64,000 nt of DNA, from assembly GCA_963700145.1 (NCBI GenBank), contig OY969474.1, positions 4,800,001-4,864,000 of the forward strand. The letters are read 5' to 3'. The stretch comes from an uncultured Acidobacteriota bacterium. Its GTDB lineage: Bacteria; Acidobacteriota; Thermoanaerobaculia; Multivoradales; UBA5704. The first letter of the stretch is position 1. Every line of letters starts with the position of its first letter. Shown piece by piece: positions 24,415-34,721 of this stretch. The notes under the pieces were generated by a model. The model worked only from the letters and a program-made list of their open reading frames with translations. It did no database searches and was not told the origin of the DNA. A program made the position numbers and the translations under genes.

Positions 24415-25576
24415 AAGCCACATTGGAGTACCCTGAGAATCCAAAAGTGTTATGAGCCCGGATGCGAAAGAAATAACGTGTATTTGGGCGCAGATTGGCA
24501 ATCACCGCGCGGGTTCCATTGGCACGGACCGTAGCGACTTCACGGAAGGATTGCTGACTGCGGCGCATCTCAACCCTGAAGGTGGCTTCGTTAATCGAGG
24601 TGTCATGCCAGGTGAGCAGTACTTGTGTCGGAGATATGGCAGTCGCGGTAAGGCCACGGGGAGCGGTGGGAACTGGAGGCCCAAAGGCGAGTGCGAAGCG
24701 GGCTGTTACAGTCTTGGCAGCATCCATGATAACAACGCAAAGTTTCTTTCCAGTACAGGCACCAGACCATCCGGCGAATGTCGAATCCCCCCTGCTGGTG
24801 GCCATGAGAGTTACTATCGAACCATTAGGAAGGCTCTCGGAACAGTCGGTTCCGCAGTTGATCCCCGCCGGGTTGCTGATCACGGTTCCGCCACCTGCTC
24901 CCGATTTGTTCACTGTTAAGAGTTTTTCGAGCCCGGGTTGCTGGTTAGCAACACGCACATTGTCAAGCAAGAAGAGCTCTCCTTGGCTTTCGGCGGACGC
25001 ATCGTTGATGCCGATGACGACACTAGAGAATGGGTTTGCGAGATCCAGAAATCCCAAGAAGCCGTCGCCATCTTGTCCGGGCTTTTCGGGGGGACCAAGA
25101 AGTAGGAAGTCTCTAAAGTTGAACTTCACTCCATTGATTGTCATGGTTAGCTGGTCATCATTTAGGGTTGAGCCCCATTCTCCAGAGAAACCAATAATCG
25201 GTGTATCGAATTCAAACCGCATCTCGCGGACGCCGGGATAAGGGCCGGGCGGGAAAATAGTTCCGATGAAAAGTCTACTGTCATTGCCATAAACACCACC
25301 ATCCTGAATGCGTGTATGGTATATGGAGCTTGGAGCTTCGGCGGTGTCGATGAACACGCTAAACGCGCCTACATCGGTAAGCCCGGCAGGCAAGGCCCCT
25401 AAAGGAGATTCGGAGAAATCCTCAAATTGAATAGTGGCCTGACCCGCAGCCGCTTCCCAAGCGGCAAGGTCGGTAAACACCTGGGGGGCCGCTGCAGCGT
25501 GCCGAACCCCAGTGACAGGCATAATGAATACAGCTATGGTTGTGGCTATGAACTGGCATTTCCGTTGGGTGTTCAT
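24395..25576 (-). CDS. Secreted surface protein: N-terminal beta domain, InlB-B-like repeat and fibronectin type III domain
   Basis: Signal peptide; [23 protein letters not shown]...FAGWSGAC...VTARF; PTAPRGLTA...LTW...[23 protein letters not shown]. Confidence 0.8.
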   Translation of the reverse strand: MNTQRKCQFIATTIAVFIMPVTGVRHAAAAPQVFTDLAAWEAAAGQATIQFEDFSESPLGALPAGLTDVGAFSVFIDTAEAPSSIYHTRIQDGGVYGNDSRLFIGTIFPPGPYPGVREMRFEFDTPIIGFSGEWGSTLNDDQLTMTINGVKFNFRDFLLLGPPEKPGQDGDGFLGFLDLANPFSSVVIGINDASAESQGELFLLDNVRVANQQPGLEKLLTVNKSGAGGGTVISNPAGINCGTDCSESLPNGSIVTLMATSRGDSTFAGWSGACTGKKLCVVIMDAAKTVTARFALAFGPPVPTAPRGLTATAISPTQVLLTWHDTSINEATFRVEMRRSQQSFREVATVRANGTRAVIANLRPNTRYFFRIRAHNTFGFSGYSNVASTRTAR

Positions 25577-25851
25577 GTCTGCACCTCTTAGAGAGGACCA
25601 TTCACGGCAGGAGCATTTTAGCGGACGCGGTTGCATAGTTCGTAGCAAGTAGGCGAACGCTTGGCACAGAGTTGGCGGAGTGCAGGTTCGGTAATCCGAC
25701 ACTCCCCTGGGGCGGCAGTCACGCGGCTTCCTCCATCATCTGGACTTACCCCGGTTTGGTGGACAGTTGAAGTTTGGGGTCTCCTCCCCTGCGTGAGGCG
25801 GGCAGCTGCCCGTCCCACGATCCGACGAAAACGCCAGGAGTGACGTGCATC

Positions 25852-26697
25852 TCAGGCTGCCCGTCGCCGGCGCTCGAATTCCGCCGGGCTGAGATAGCCC
25901 AGGGCCGAGTGCCGGCGATGCGGGTTGTACCAGCCCTCGAGGAACTCGAACACCGCCATCCGGGCCTCGGTCTGGGTCCCGAAGCGCCGCCGGTCGAGCA
26001 GCTCGCACTCGAGCGTGGCAAAGAAGCTCTCGCACAGCGCGTTGTCGTAGCAGTCCCCGACCGACCCCATCGACGGCCGCACACCGGCTCGTCGGCAGCG
26101 CTGGCCGAAGGCCAACGAGGTGTACTGCGTCCCCTGGTCGGAATGATGGATCACGCCCTGCGGCCGCCGCTGTCCAAGCGCCATCTCCAGTGCCGCCACC
26201 ACGAGCTCGGTCTGCAGATGCGTCGCCATCGACCAGCCCACCACGCGCCGACTCCAGGCGTCGACGACCACGGCCAGGTACAGAAACCCTGCCGTGGTCG
26301 GGATGTAGGTGATGTCGGCCACCCAGAGCCGATCCGGAGCGTCGACCGTGAAGTGACGGCCGACCAGATCCGGCGCCGGGCGGGCTTGGCCGTCTCGCAC
26401 CGTCGTCCGGGGCCACTTCCGCCGACTGACGCCCCCAAGCCCGGCCTCGCGCATCAGCCGCCCCACACGCTTGCGCCCCACCCGTACGCCCTGCGCCGCC
26501 AGCTCGGCGTGGATCCGGGGCGCCCCATAAGTCCCCCACGACCGCGCGTGGATCGCCCGGATCTGCGCGCCGAGCGCCGCGTCGGCTCGGGCTCGCGCAC
26601 CGGCCTGACGCCGACACCAGGCGTAATACCCGCTGGAGGAGACACCCAGCAGTCGGCACATCCTCACTACCCTGTAGCAGGCCTGGTGCGCCCTCAC
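25852..26697 (-). CDS. IS3 OrfB, DDE transposase/integrase core
   Basis: WVADITYI, HHSDQGTQY, GDCYDNALCESFFATLECE, WYNPHRRHSALGYLSP. Confidence 0.95.
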   Translation of the reverse strand: MRAHQACYRVVRMCRLLGVSSSGYYAWCRRQAGARARADAALGAQIRAIHARSWGTYGAPRIHAELAAQGVRVGRKRVGRLMREAGLGGVSRRKWPRTTVRDGQARPAPDLVGRHFTVDAPDRLWVADITYIPTTAGFLYLAVVVDAWSRRVVGWSMATHLQTELVVAALEMALGQRRPQGVIHHSDQGTQYTSLAFGQRCRRAGVRPSMGSVGDCYDNALCESFFATLECELLDRRRFGTQTEARMAVFEFLEGWYNPHRRHSALGYLSPAEFERRRRAA

Positions 26698-27014
26698 GAA
26701 TCCGAACCCTTCCGTGGGCTCGACTCGGTCTCCCGAGCAAACCAGGCCGCGGCTTTTGCCAGAATCTCCCGGTCCTCACGCAACTGGCGATTCTCCCGCC
26801 GCAGCCGGCGCAGCTCCTCGCGCTCGGCCGTCGTCAGCCCGTCGTCGCGCCGGCCCTCGTCCCGGTCGGCTTGGCGTGCCCAGTCGCGAATCGACTCGGC
26901 CGAGGGCTCGAACTCCCGACTCAGCTCCTCGGCCGTCCGCCCGGCCCGCACCAACTCAACCATCCGCCGACGAAACTCCGCCGGGTAGGGCTTGCCGCGG
27001 TGACTCCCCATCAT
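26694..27014 (-). CDS. IS3 OrfA (HTH)
   Basis: YPAEFRRRMVELV...ELRRLRRENRQL...ILAKAAAWF; candidate -1 frameshift motif AAAAG near 26755; GTGA overlap with orfB. Confidence 0.9.
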   Translation of the reverse strand: MMGSHRGKPYPAEFRRRMVELVRAGRTAEELSREFEPSAESIRDWARQADRDEGRRDDGLTTAEREELRRLRRENRQLREDREILAKAAAWFARETESSPRKGSDS

Positions 27015-27065
27015 GGACTCCTTTCTCCCGAAGGATGAGGTGTCCACCAAAGCGGGGCAACTCCA

Positions 27066-27152
27066 CATCAGAGTCTCCTCAGAGATCAGCGGTGGCAGCT
27101 CGGTGAGGTCGAGGTCCTCGCGGAGCGCCTACGCCGGGGTACGGCCTTGGCC
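27066..27152 (-). mobile_element. Probable IS481-like transposase C-terminal remnant interrupted by IS3 (continues at about 25680-25740)
   Basis: Removing IS3 rejoins QGRTPA*ALREDLDLTELPPLISEETLMMEEAA*. The family call is by recalled resemblance only. Confidence 0.45.
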
Positions 27153-27482
27153 GGTTTCCCCGACCTGGGGCTCATCGGGTTGGAAGGACGACTCGAAGGT
27201 GGCGATCCCGTCGGCGACGAAGTAGAGCCGGGTGGTGAAGCAGTCGCCCTGCTCGACCACTCGCGTCACGATCGGCAAGCCACCCTCCGGGTCCGGCGCG
27301 CGCTCGACGGTCGCGCATGTCGAGGTGGTAGGCGAAGACCGGAAGGTCCCAGATCCGGTAGCGCCGCCACCGAGGGGTTCCGCCCAAAGCGACTCGAACT
27401 CGTAGCCGGACTCTAGCGCCGAGCCGGGAAGGCGTACCCGCACCTTAACCAAGCCTTCGTGCGCGTCGGGGCGATCCATCAT
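27153..27482 (-). pseudogene. DUF4265-like pseudogene
   Basis: FESLWAEPLGGG / RYRIWDLPVFAYHLDMRD / VERAPDPEGGLP are split across frames (two compensating shifts). Confidence 0.6.
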
Positions 27483-27551
27483 GGGCGGACGACCTCTTCG
27501 CGTCCTCTCCAGAGATCGCCTGGGGGGCTCCAGACTTCTCCCCAGGGCCTG

Positions 27552-27761
27552 CGGATGTATCCGGAAACGCGGCGGATCTATCCGGAAGCGCGGCGGACAT
27601 ATCCGGACGCGCCGCGGATGTATCCGGAACGCCGGCGGATAGATCCGGAAGCGGCGCGGATACATCCGGAAGCGCCGCGGATGTATCCGGAAGGCCCGCG
27701 GATCTATCCGGCCGCGCCGCGGATGTATCCGGGCGGCTCGCGGATCTATCCGGACGTCGCG
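27552..27761. repeat. 21-bp tandem array, 10 units, each with a CGGATnnATCCG-type palindrome
   Basis: Units start at 27552, 27573, 27594 ... 27741; degenerate units on both sides. Confidence 0.92.
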
Positions 27762-28017
27762 CTCCCTTATCCGCAGCCGTCCCGACCGTATCTCCCGCCT
27801 CTCCGGGAACCCCTTGGAGCCCCGCTCCACCAACCGACCAACGAAGGGAGATAACCCCTGTCCTCGGGGAAGCTTCCGGAGGCGAGCGGGAAGCTTCCTT
27901 GCACGCGGCGGTGAGTTGGCGACACTCCGCCCATGGCGAAGGCCCGCGCCTGCGCTCGGGTCTCCGGGCCCCTCCGTCGCCTCACAACCGCCACAATCTA
28001 CGGCGATGATAGGTGGC

Positions 28018-28611
28018 ATGAAGACCGCGCTGATCATCGTCGTCATCATCGCGCTGGCGTTGCTCGCGGGTCTCGCCGTGACCCGATCGCGACCCGACGA
28101 GCCGGTCGCTGCGGGCGTCTCGGAGACCTCCCGAGGCCCGTCGTTCGAGGTGCACGTCGAAATGCCTCGCCTCGCCCGGCCCCTCTTCGGGATCCTCCCG
28201 GATCCGCTCGTGGCCCCGATGGACGGTACCCCCCGCGAGGTGGGGTTCGACCACGCGAGCCCTGGCGCCGTGATCGGCCGGGTCGGGCACGACCGCCTCG
28301 AGCTCGGCGCCGAGGGTGGTTGGGACCTCTCCATCGAGACTGACGACGAAGGGCGGGTCGCTCCAGGGACACGCCTCGTGTTCCCGCTGCGCCTCGGGGA
28401 AAGAGACGTGATTCTGCGCTGCCGGCCCGCCGATCGTGCCACCGGCTATCTCCGCACCATCAGGCGGGCTGGCGCCGACGAGCTCGACGGCCACTTCCTC
28501 GTCAAGCTCGCCACCTGCGAGAACGTCAAGTCGGGGAAGGCCCTCGAGTGGCCGCCGGCAGCGCTCACCCTCCGCGGCAGCTTCGAGGGGCTGCCACGCG
28601 GCCGTCGCTAA
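28018..28611 (+). CDS. Hypothetical membrane-anchored protein
   Basis: AGGTGG RBS; MKTALIIVVIIALALLAGLAV anchor; host-like codon usage. Confidence 0.7.
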   Translation: MKTALIIVVIIALALLAGLAVTRSRPDEPVAAGVSETSRGPSFEVHVEMPRLARPLFGILPDPLVAPMDGTPREVGFDHASPGAVIGRVGHDRLELGAEGGWDLSIETDDEGRVAPGTRLVFPLRLGERDVILRCRPADRATGYLRTIRRAGADELDGHFLVKLATCENVKSGKALEWPPAALTLRGSFEGLPRGRR

Positions 28612-28671
28612 CGACGTCTTCCCGGCTCAACGGACTGGGTCGGCGGCCGGCGGGCGGCACAGCGAGTCGCG

Positions 28672-29304
28672 TCAGAGGTCCTTGCAGATCTGAGGCAGCT
28701 TGAAATACGCCGGTGGCGGCGCGTTCTCGCCTTCGAGCGACACGCCGAAATGGTCGTAGAACTCGAAGGGGCCGAGCTGCTTCAGGAGCAGCGACAGCTC
28801 GGGATACTTGTCGGCGCGGCTGCACAGCTTGACCGGGAGACCGATGCCCGGGACAGCGCCGGTCCAGCAGTCGGCCTCGAAGCCGCTCACCGTCTCGGTG
28901 CCGGCGTACACCATGTCGTTGCTCAGCCACCAGTCGCGGCTGAACACGTTGGGGAGAGGAGGCACGTTCAGCGTGCAGTGCAGCTCGCCAGTCTGCTGAT
29001 CGCGTTCGATGAAGTACTCGCGATCGGGATCGACGCCGTCGCCCGGGTCCATGTCGTAGACGTTGAAGATCTCGATCTCGCGATCGATGAACGTCGCCAC
29101 CTCGCGGTTGACACCTGTCTCCATGTCGAAGGTGTAGCGGGCGACGAGCTGGAACGACGGGATTTCGGTGTGCAGGAACCGGCCGGCCCCGCTGTAGCGC
29201 AGCGGGAAGTTCGGCAGGGGCTTGTCCTGCGCTTGCACGGGAACCCACGGTAGTGAAACCACGAATGCAAGCACCACGCACCGTAACGACCGCTCTCTTC
29301 TCAT
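28672..29304 (-). CDS. Secreted ependymin-related (LolA-fold)-like protein
   Basis: Signal peptide; PLPNFP, DWWL..MVYAGTETVSGFEADCW, C-terminal PPPAYFKLPQIC; four Cys in the mature part. Confidence 0.55.
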   Translation of the reverse strand: MRRERSLRCVVLAFVVSLPWVPVQAQDKPLPNFPLRYSGAGRFLHTEIPSFQLVARYTFDMETGVNREVATFIDREIEIFNVYDMDPGDGVDPDREYFIERDQQTGELHCTLNVPPLPNVFSRDWWLSNDMVYAGTETVSGFEADCWTGAVPGIGLPVKLCSRADKYPELSLLLKQLGPFEFYDHFGVSLEGENAPPPAYFKLPQICKDL

Positions 29305-30809
29305 GTATGGCCACCTCCATGGATGGGTGGAAAGATCCCTTGCCCGGGCGTCAGGAGGACGTCGGGGTCGAAGGTCCTTTTGGCGATGACGAAGCGGGGC
29401 CAGCGCCGGCCGAAGTGGCGCCGCCAGTCGCTCACGCTCATGGGCACCGAGTCGACGGGATAGAAGAAGCCGCCCACGGCCCGCGCCCGCTCGAACAGGA
29501 CACGGTTGGCCGCCACCAGCTCGGCCGAGCGCTCCGCCGTCGGCGGGATCGCGTTGCGCAGCAGGCCAAAGAGGAAAAAGGCGTCGCCGTCCGGTACCCG
29601 GAAGTTGGGGGCCTCGAAACTGCTGCGCCGATAGGGATAGACGAGGACCGGACCCTGCCCCAGGTCGGCCGGGTCCAGCGCCGACAGCGTGTCGCCGATG
29701 AAGCTCTCGGCGTGGGCGGATGGCACCAGCAGGTCCACCCAGGGGTGAGGGAAGAACCAGACGCCGATCTGCTTGAGAAACTCCACCGTCGGCGCCAGGC
29801 GATTGAGGTAATCGAAATACGGCAGGTCCTGAGAGGTCTGCGCGCCGGTCAGGAAGCGCAGGCCTGCCAGCAGGGTGGCGTCGTCCGGCTCGTGCCCCGG
29901 CGCGAAGCCTTTCGTCGCCTCCAGCAGGTAGGTCCAGCCGCCCGCGGGGTCCGGCGCGGCGAACCCTTGCACGGTGTCGAAGCGGCCGTCCCCGACCAGC
30001 GCCAGCAGGTCTTCCAGGAAAACGTGGAGATCGTCGTACGGGAGCTGGTAGTAGCGGGTGCTGGGGAGGACCGGCACTAGCCGCACCCGGGCGCGCGCGA
30101 TGACGGCGTGCTGACCCAGGCCCGAGCGCACCGCGTCGAAGAGAAACCGGCGGCTGGCCGGCGAGCAGGTCACGATCTCACCGCGGCCGGTGACGACTGT
30201 CAATGCCAGCACGTTGTCCACCTGCGGCCCTTCCCGGAAGGTCTGGGCGCCCACACCTCCCACGGAAAGGGTGCCGCCGATCGAAAGCTCGATGTAATCG
30301 GTCAGGGTCGGAGGGGCCAGCCCCAGAGGGATCGTCTGCGCCAGCAACTCGCTCCAGAGCACGCCGGCGTCCACGAGGGCGTCGCCGGCGTTGACCTCGT
30401 GGATGGTGGCGAGGCTGGACATGTCGATGACCACTCCGGCCTCGACCTGCGCCTGGCCCAGCGTGCTGTGCCCCTGGCCGCGGGCTGCCACCTGGATGTC
30501 GTGCCTGCGGGCGAAGTCGATGAGGCGGGCGATGTCCTGGATCGAGCCAGGCCGCAGCACGGCCTGGGGCCGGCGGTGGATGGCGTGGCCAAAGTCGTCG
30601 GCCGCTGCGGACAGCGTCGCGTCGTCGGTGAGAAGCTGGCCGTCGAAGTCCGGAAACCCGTCCGCCAGATTCGCCCGTCCGCCGGCCAGCTCCGCGGCCG
30701 TGGCCCAACTCCTCAGGTCGGCGTCGAAGCCGAGCACGGCGACCGCCGCCAGGCTCCCGCGCAAGAAGTCGCGCCGCGACACCGCGGTGGGCTCAGCCAT
30801 GTTCTTCAT
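29301..30809 (-). CDS. Tat-exported FAD-linked oxidoreductase, cytokinin dehydrogenase-like (VAO/PCMH family)
   Basis: SRRDFL Tat motif; ARGQGHS; TDYIELSIGGTLS; TFREGPQVDNV; PHPWVDLLVP; terminal PGQGIF. Confidence 0.88.
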   Translation of the reverse strand: MKNMAEPTAVSRRDFLRGSLAAVAVLGFDADLRSWATAAELAGGRANLADGFPDFDGQLLTDDATLSAAADDFGHAIHRRPQAVLRPGSIQDIARLIDFARRHDIQVAARGQGHSTLGQAQVEAGVVIDMSSLATIHEVNAGDALVDAGVLWSELLAQTIPLGLAPPTLTDYIELSIGGTLSVGGVGAQTFREGPQVDNVLALTVVTGRGEIVTCSPASRRFLFDAVRSGLGQHAVIARARVRLVPVLPSTRYYQLPYDDLHVFLEDLLALVGDGRFDTVQGFAAPDPAGGWTYLLEATKGFAPGHEPDDATLLAGLRFLTGAQTSQDLPYFDYLNRLAPTVEFLKQIGVWFFPHPWVDLLVPSAHAESFIGDTLSALDPADLGQGPVLVYPYRRSSFEAPNFRVPDGDAFFLFGLLRNAIPPTAERSAELVAANRVLFERARAVGGFFYPVDSVPMSVSDWRRHFGRRWPRFVIAKRTFDPDVLLTPGQGIFPPIHGGGHT

Positions 30810-30902
30810 GTTCGATGTCCTCCTTCGGTGAAGATAGCCAGTCGTCTATCTAAGCCAAGGCTACGCAGGCGGCGACCCGCCGTCAAATGCGACACTCCGC
30901 GC

Positions 30903-30986
30903 ATGGCGAAGGCTCCGGCGACAACGCTCGAGATCTCCGGCCGCGAGGTGGTGATCACCAATCCGGGGAAGGTCTACTTCCCGCGC
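30903..30986 (+). pseudogene. N-terminal stub of a LigD-type primase-polymerase domain
   Basis: MAKAPATTLEISGREVVITNPGKVYFP, then runs into the antisense of ligC. Confidence 0.7.
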
Positions 30987-31001
30987 GCCCTGGCCGCCGC
31001 A

Positions 31002-32129
<1,128 letters not shown>

Positions 32130-32139
32130 GGCCTCCCCG

Positions 32140-34203
32140 TCAGGGATCGACGACGACCGGGATGCTCGGGCCGCCGGCGATGTCGAGCCGGTGCGCGCCG
32201 GGGAGGGTATCGACCACGCCGAAGCCGGCGGTGAGAGGGACACCGTCGCGGGTGGCGGCGGTGCCGGTCCAGGCGTAGGCCAGGAAGGGGCCCAGCCGCG
32301 CGCCGGGGGCGCCGGCACTCTGGATGGCGATGAGGACGCCTTCGGGCGGCGGCTGGAACTCGCGGGTATTCGGCTCCGTGCTCTTGTCGCAGGTGCCGAC
32401 GACCAGCTTGTTGAGGCCCGCGACGTTGAGGCCTTGAGGGGCCGCGGTGTTGTGCACGTAGATGATGTCGCTCGTACCGGGGGGCACGTAGAAGCGGTTG
32501 GCGTTGTAGCGCAGGCAGTTCACGGGCATCGACGACGGACCGACGTCCCGCAGCGGGATGTCCGCTTCGCGGGTGAAGAGGCTGCGCTGCACGGTCCCCG
32601 CGACCGGATCGGTGTTCGACGGGATCGAATAGAGCGCGGCGCCCCGCCCGGCGGTGTTGCCGAGGAAGCGGCAGCCGTCGGCGTCGAGCGTCGAGCCGCG
32701 CACCTGGATGGCGCCTCCCGAGAAGACGGCCGAGTTGCCGGCGAAGGTGGTGCCATAGAGGTTAGCGAGCGATGCCCCGACCAGCGACAGGCCGCCGCCG
32801 GCGCCATTAGTGCCGCGGGCGCTGGAGCCGAGAACGAGCCCGTCGCGCATCTCCAGCTTGACCAGGTCGGCGCGGAGCGCGCCGCCGCTGGCGGCGGTGG
32901 TCCCCCGCGCGTTCGCCGAGCAGCCGCTGAAGACCGTCCCTTCGAACACGACTTCGGCGCGGTTCGCCGCCAGCCCGCCCTGGGGGGGCACGCCACCGCC
33001 TGTCACCCGCGGGCCATCGCCTCCCGCCAGCAGGCAACCCCCGGAGAGGGCGCCGGCGAGGCCGGCGTCGAGCGGTCCCTGCAGGAGCGAGTCGCGGAGC
33101 ACGACGCGGGCGTTGGGGCGGTTGATGGCGCCGTTGTCGGTCGAGGGGTCCGACTGGTCGGCGGAGAGGGCGGCGATCGTGCCGCCGAAGCCGTCGCCGG
33201 CGCGGTGGTCGCGGAAGATCGTGCCCGTCGCGTCCAGCACCGCACGGTAGAGGTTGACGGCGGCGCCGACTGCGGCACTGTTGGCCTCGAAGGCGCTGTC
33301 GAAGACGGTGACGGTGACCTGGTCCTCGGCGTGGATGGCGCCGCCCTGGGTGTCCGAGGTCGCGCTCTGACCGGGCGCCGGGCCGGTGCGGTTGCGGAGG
33401 AAGGTCGTGCGCTCCAGGCGCACGGTGGTGCGCGGCGTCGTGCCCCAGGTGCCGAAGGCATAGAGCGCGCCGCCTACCCAGGCCGCCTCGTTGCCGGAGA
33501 AGAGGACGTCGGTGAAGCTGGCCGTCGAGTTGAAGAGATAGACCGCGCCGCCTACGGCGTTGGGGGTGTGCCCGGGCAGGTTGCTGCGGTTGTCCACGAA
33601 GCTGCCGCCGGTCGCCACCAGCGTCGAGCTCAGCACCTCGACGGCGCCGCCGCGGCGGGTCGAGCCATTCTTGTCAAAGGTGTTCTCCACGAGCGTCACG
33701 TGCGCGTTGCGGGCGAGGCGCAGGGCGCCGCCGCCGACCGACACCCCGGACGTTGTGTTGTCCGTGAAGTAGCAGCGGACGAAGCTCGCCTCGGCCGCCT
33801 CGACGGTGACGCCGCCGGCGTCGGTCTTGCCTAGCGTTGCCCGGCCACCCTGGAAGGTGAGGCGACGGAAGATGACCTTCTTGCCGCGCGAGCGGTTGCC
33901 GTTCTTGAAGCGCAGAACTGGCCGCTGGTCCCCACCATCGAGCACCACGGTGGCCTTTGGGACAGGCTGGATGGCGAACGACTTCCTCAGGTTGGCGATC
34001 AAGAAGCCGCCGGGGGGCGAGGGGTAGACCCCGCCGGCCATCTCGATGATGCAGCCGTCGGCGACGTTGCGGATGGCGGCGATGAGCTCGGCGGAGTTGT
34101 GGACGACGATCTTCTTGCACGGCGCCGCCGCGGCGGCGCCGGGAAGCGCCAGCGCGGCCGTGACGACCGCCGCCGCGGTCAGGAGGTGAAAGCGGGAGCG
34201 CAC
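32140..34203 (-). CDS. Secreted right-handed beta-helix protein with Pmp-like GGA(I/L/V)/FxxN repeats
   Basis: Signal peptide; repeated FxxN...GGA[VIL]; no autotransporter barrel visible. Confidence 0.8.
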   Translation of the reverse strand: MRSRFHLLTAAAVVTAALALPGAAAAAPCKKIVVHNSAELIAAIRNVADGCIIEMAGGVYPSPPGGFLIANLRKSFAIQPVPKATVVLDGGDQRPVLRFKNGNRSRGKKVIFRRLTFQGGRATLGKTDAGGVTVEAAEASFVRCYFTDNTTSGVSVGGGALRLARNAHVTLVENTFDKNGSTRRGGAVEVLSSTLVATGGSFVDNRSNLPGHTPNAVGGAVYLFNSTASFTDVLFSGNEAAWVGGALYAFGTWGTTPRTTVRLERTTFLRNRTGPAPGQSATSDTQGGAIHAEDQVTVTVFDSAFEANSAAVGAAVNLYRAVLDATGTIFRDHRAGDGFGGTIAALSADQSDPSTDNGAINRPNARVVLRDSLLQGPLDAGLAGALSGGCLLAGGDGPRVTGGGVPPQGGLAANRAEVVFEGTVFSGCSANARGTTAASGGALRADLVKLEMRDGLVLGSSARGTNGAGGGLSLVGASLANLYGTTFAGNSAVFSGGAIQVRGSTLDADGCRFLGNTAGRGAALYSIPSNTDPVAGTVQRSLFTREADIPLRDVGPSSMPVNCLRYNANRFYVPPGTSDIIYVHNTAAPQGLNVAGLNKLVVGTCDKSTEPNTREFQPPPEGVLIAIQSAGAPGARLGPFLAYAWTGTAATRDGVPLTAGFGVVDTLPGAHRLDIAGGPSIPVVVDP

Positions 34204-34230
34204 ACCTCGAAAACGGGGCCGCCAACGAGG

Positions 34231-34698
34231 CTATTCCGCAATCCGCGCCGCTTTTTCTTCCAAGTCGCGGCGGTCCAGCTCCTCGAGGGGCAGCGCCGCC
34301 AGGCGCTCCACCCGGCCGGCGAGGGCGCGCGCGGCCTCCGCGAAGGCCGCCCGCCGCTCGGCCTCGTCCCCCTCGACCGCCGTCGGGTCCCGCATCCCCC
34401 AGTGCGTCACCGCGGTGCGCCCGGGCCAGAGGGGGCAGCTCTCGCGGACGTCGTCGCAGACGGTCACGACGAGGTCGAACTCGATGTCGGTCAGCTCGCG
34501 CCAGGACTTGCTGCGGGCGGCCGAGGCGTCGACGCCGTACTCCTCGCTCAGCACTTCGAGGGCCAGCGGGTGCACCTCGCCGCGCGGCTGCGAGCCGGCG
34601 CTCCAGGTCTCGAAGCGGTGGGGATCGAGGCGGCGGAGGAGGTGCTCGGCGAGGATGCTGCGCGCCGAGTTGCCGGTGCAGAGGAAGAGGACTTTCAC
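34231..34698 (-). CDS. arsC: Arsenate reductase (LMW-PTP fold, thioredoxin type)
   Basis: LFLCTGNSARS, VCD....SCP, HWGMRDP. Confidence 0.88.
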   Translation of the reverse strand: MKVLFLCTGNSARSILAEHLLRRLDPHRFETWSAGSQPRGEVHPLALEVLSEEYGVDASAARSKSWRELTDIEFDLVVTVCDDVRESCPLWPGRTAVTHWGMRDPTAVEGDEAERRAAFAEAARALAGRVERLAALPLEELDRRDLEEKAARIAE

Positions 34699-34721
34699 CC
34701 GCGGCGGGCCGGCGGGCGACG

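Larger units (their letters stand above)
25741..27065 (-). mobile_element. Intact IS3-family insertion sequence (1325 bp)
   Basis: 25-bp IRs TGGACTTACCCCGGTTTGGTGGACA and TGGAGTTGCCCCGCTTTGGTGGACA (22/25); 4-bp target duplication CATC at 25737-25740 and 27066-27069. Confidence 0.95.

Noticed and set aside
27552-27761. CRISPR array
   Set aside because: Period is only 21 bp, linkers are 9 bp and similar to each other, and there are no cas genes.
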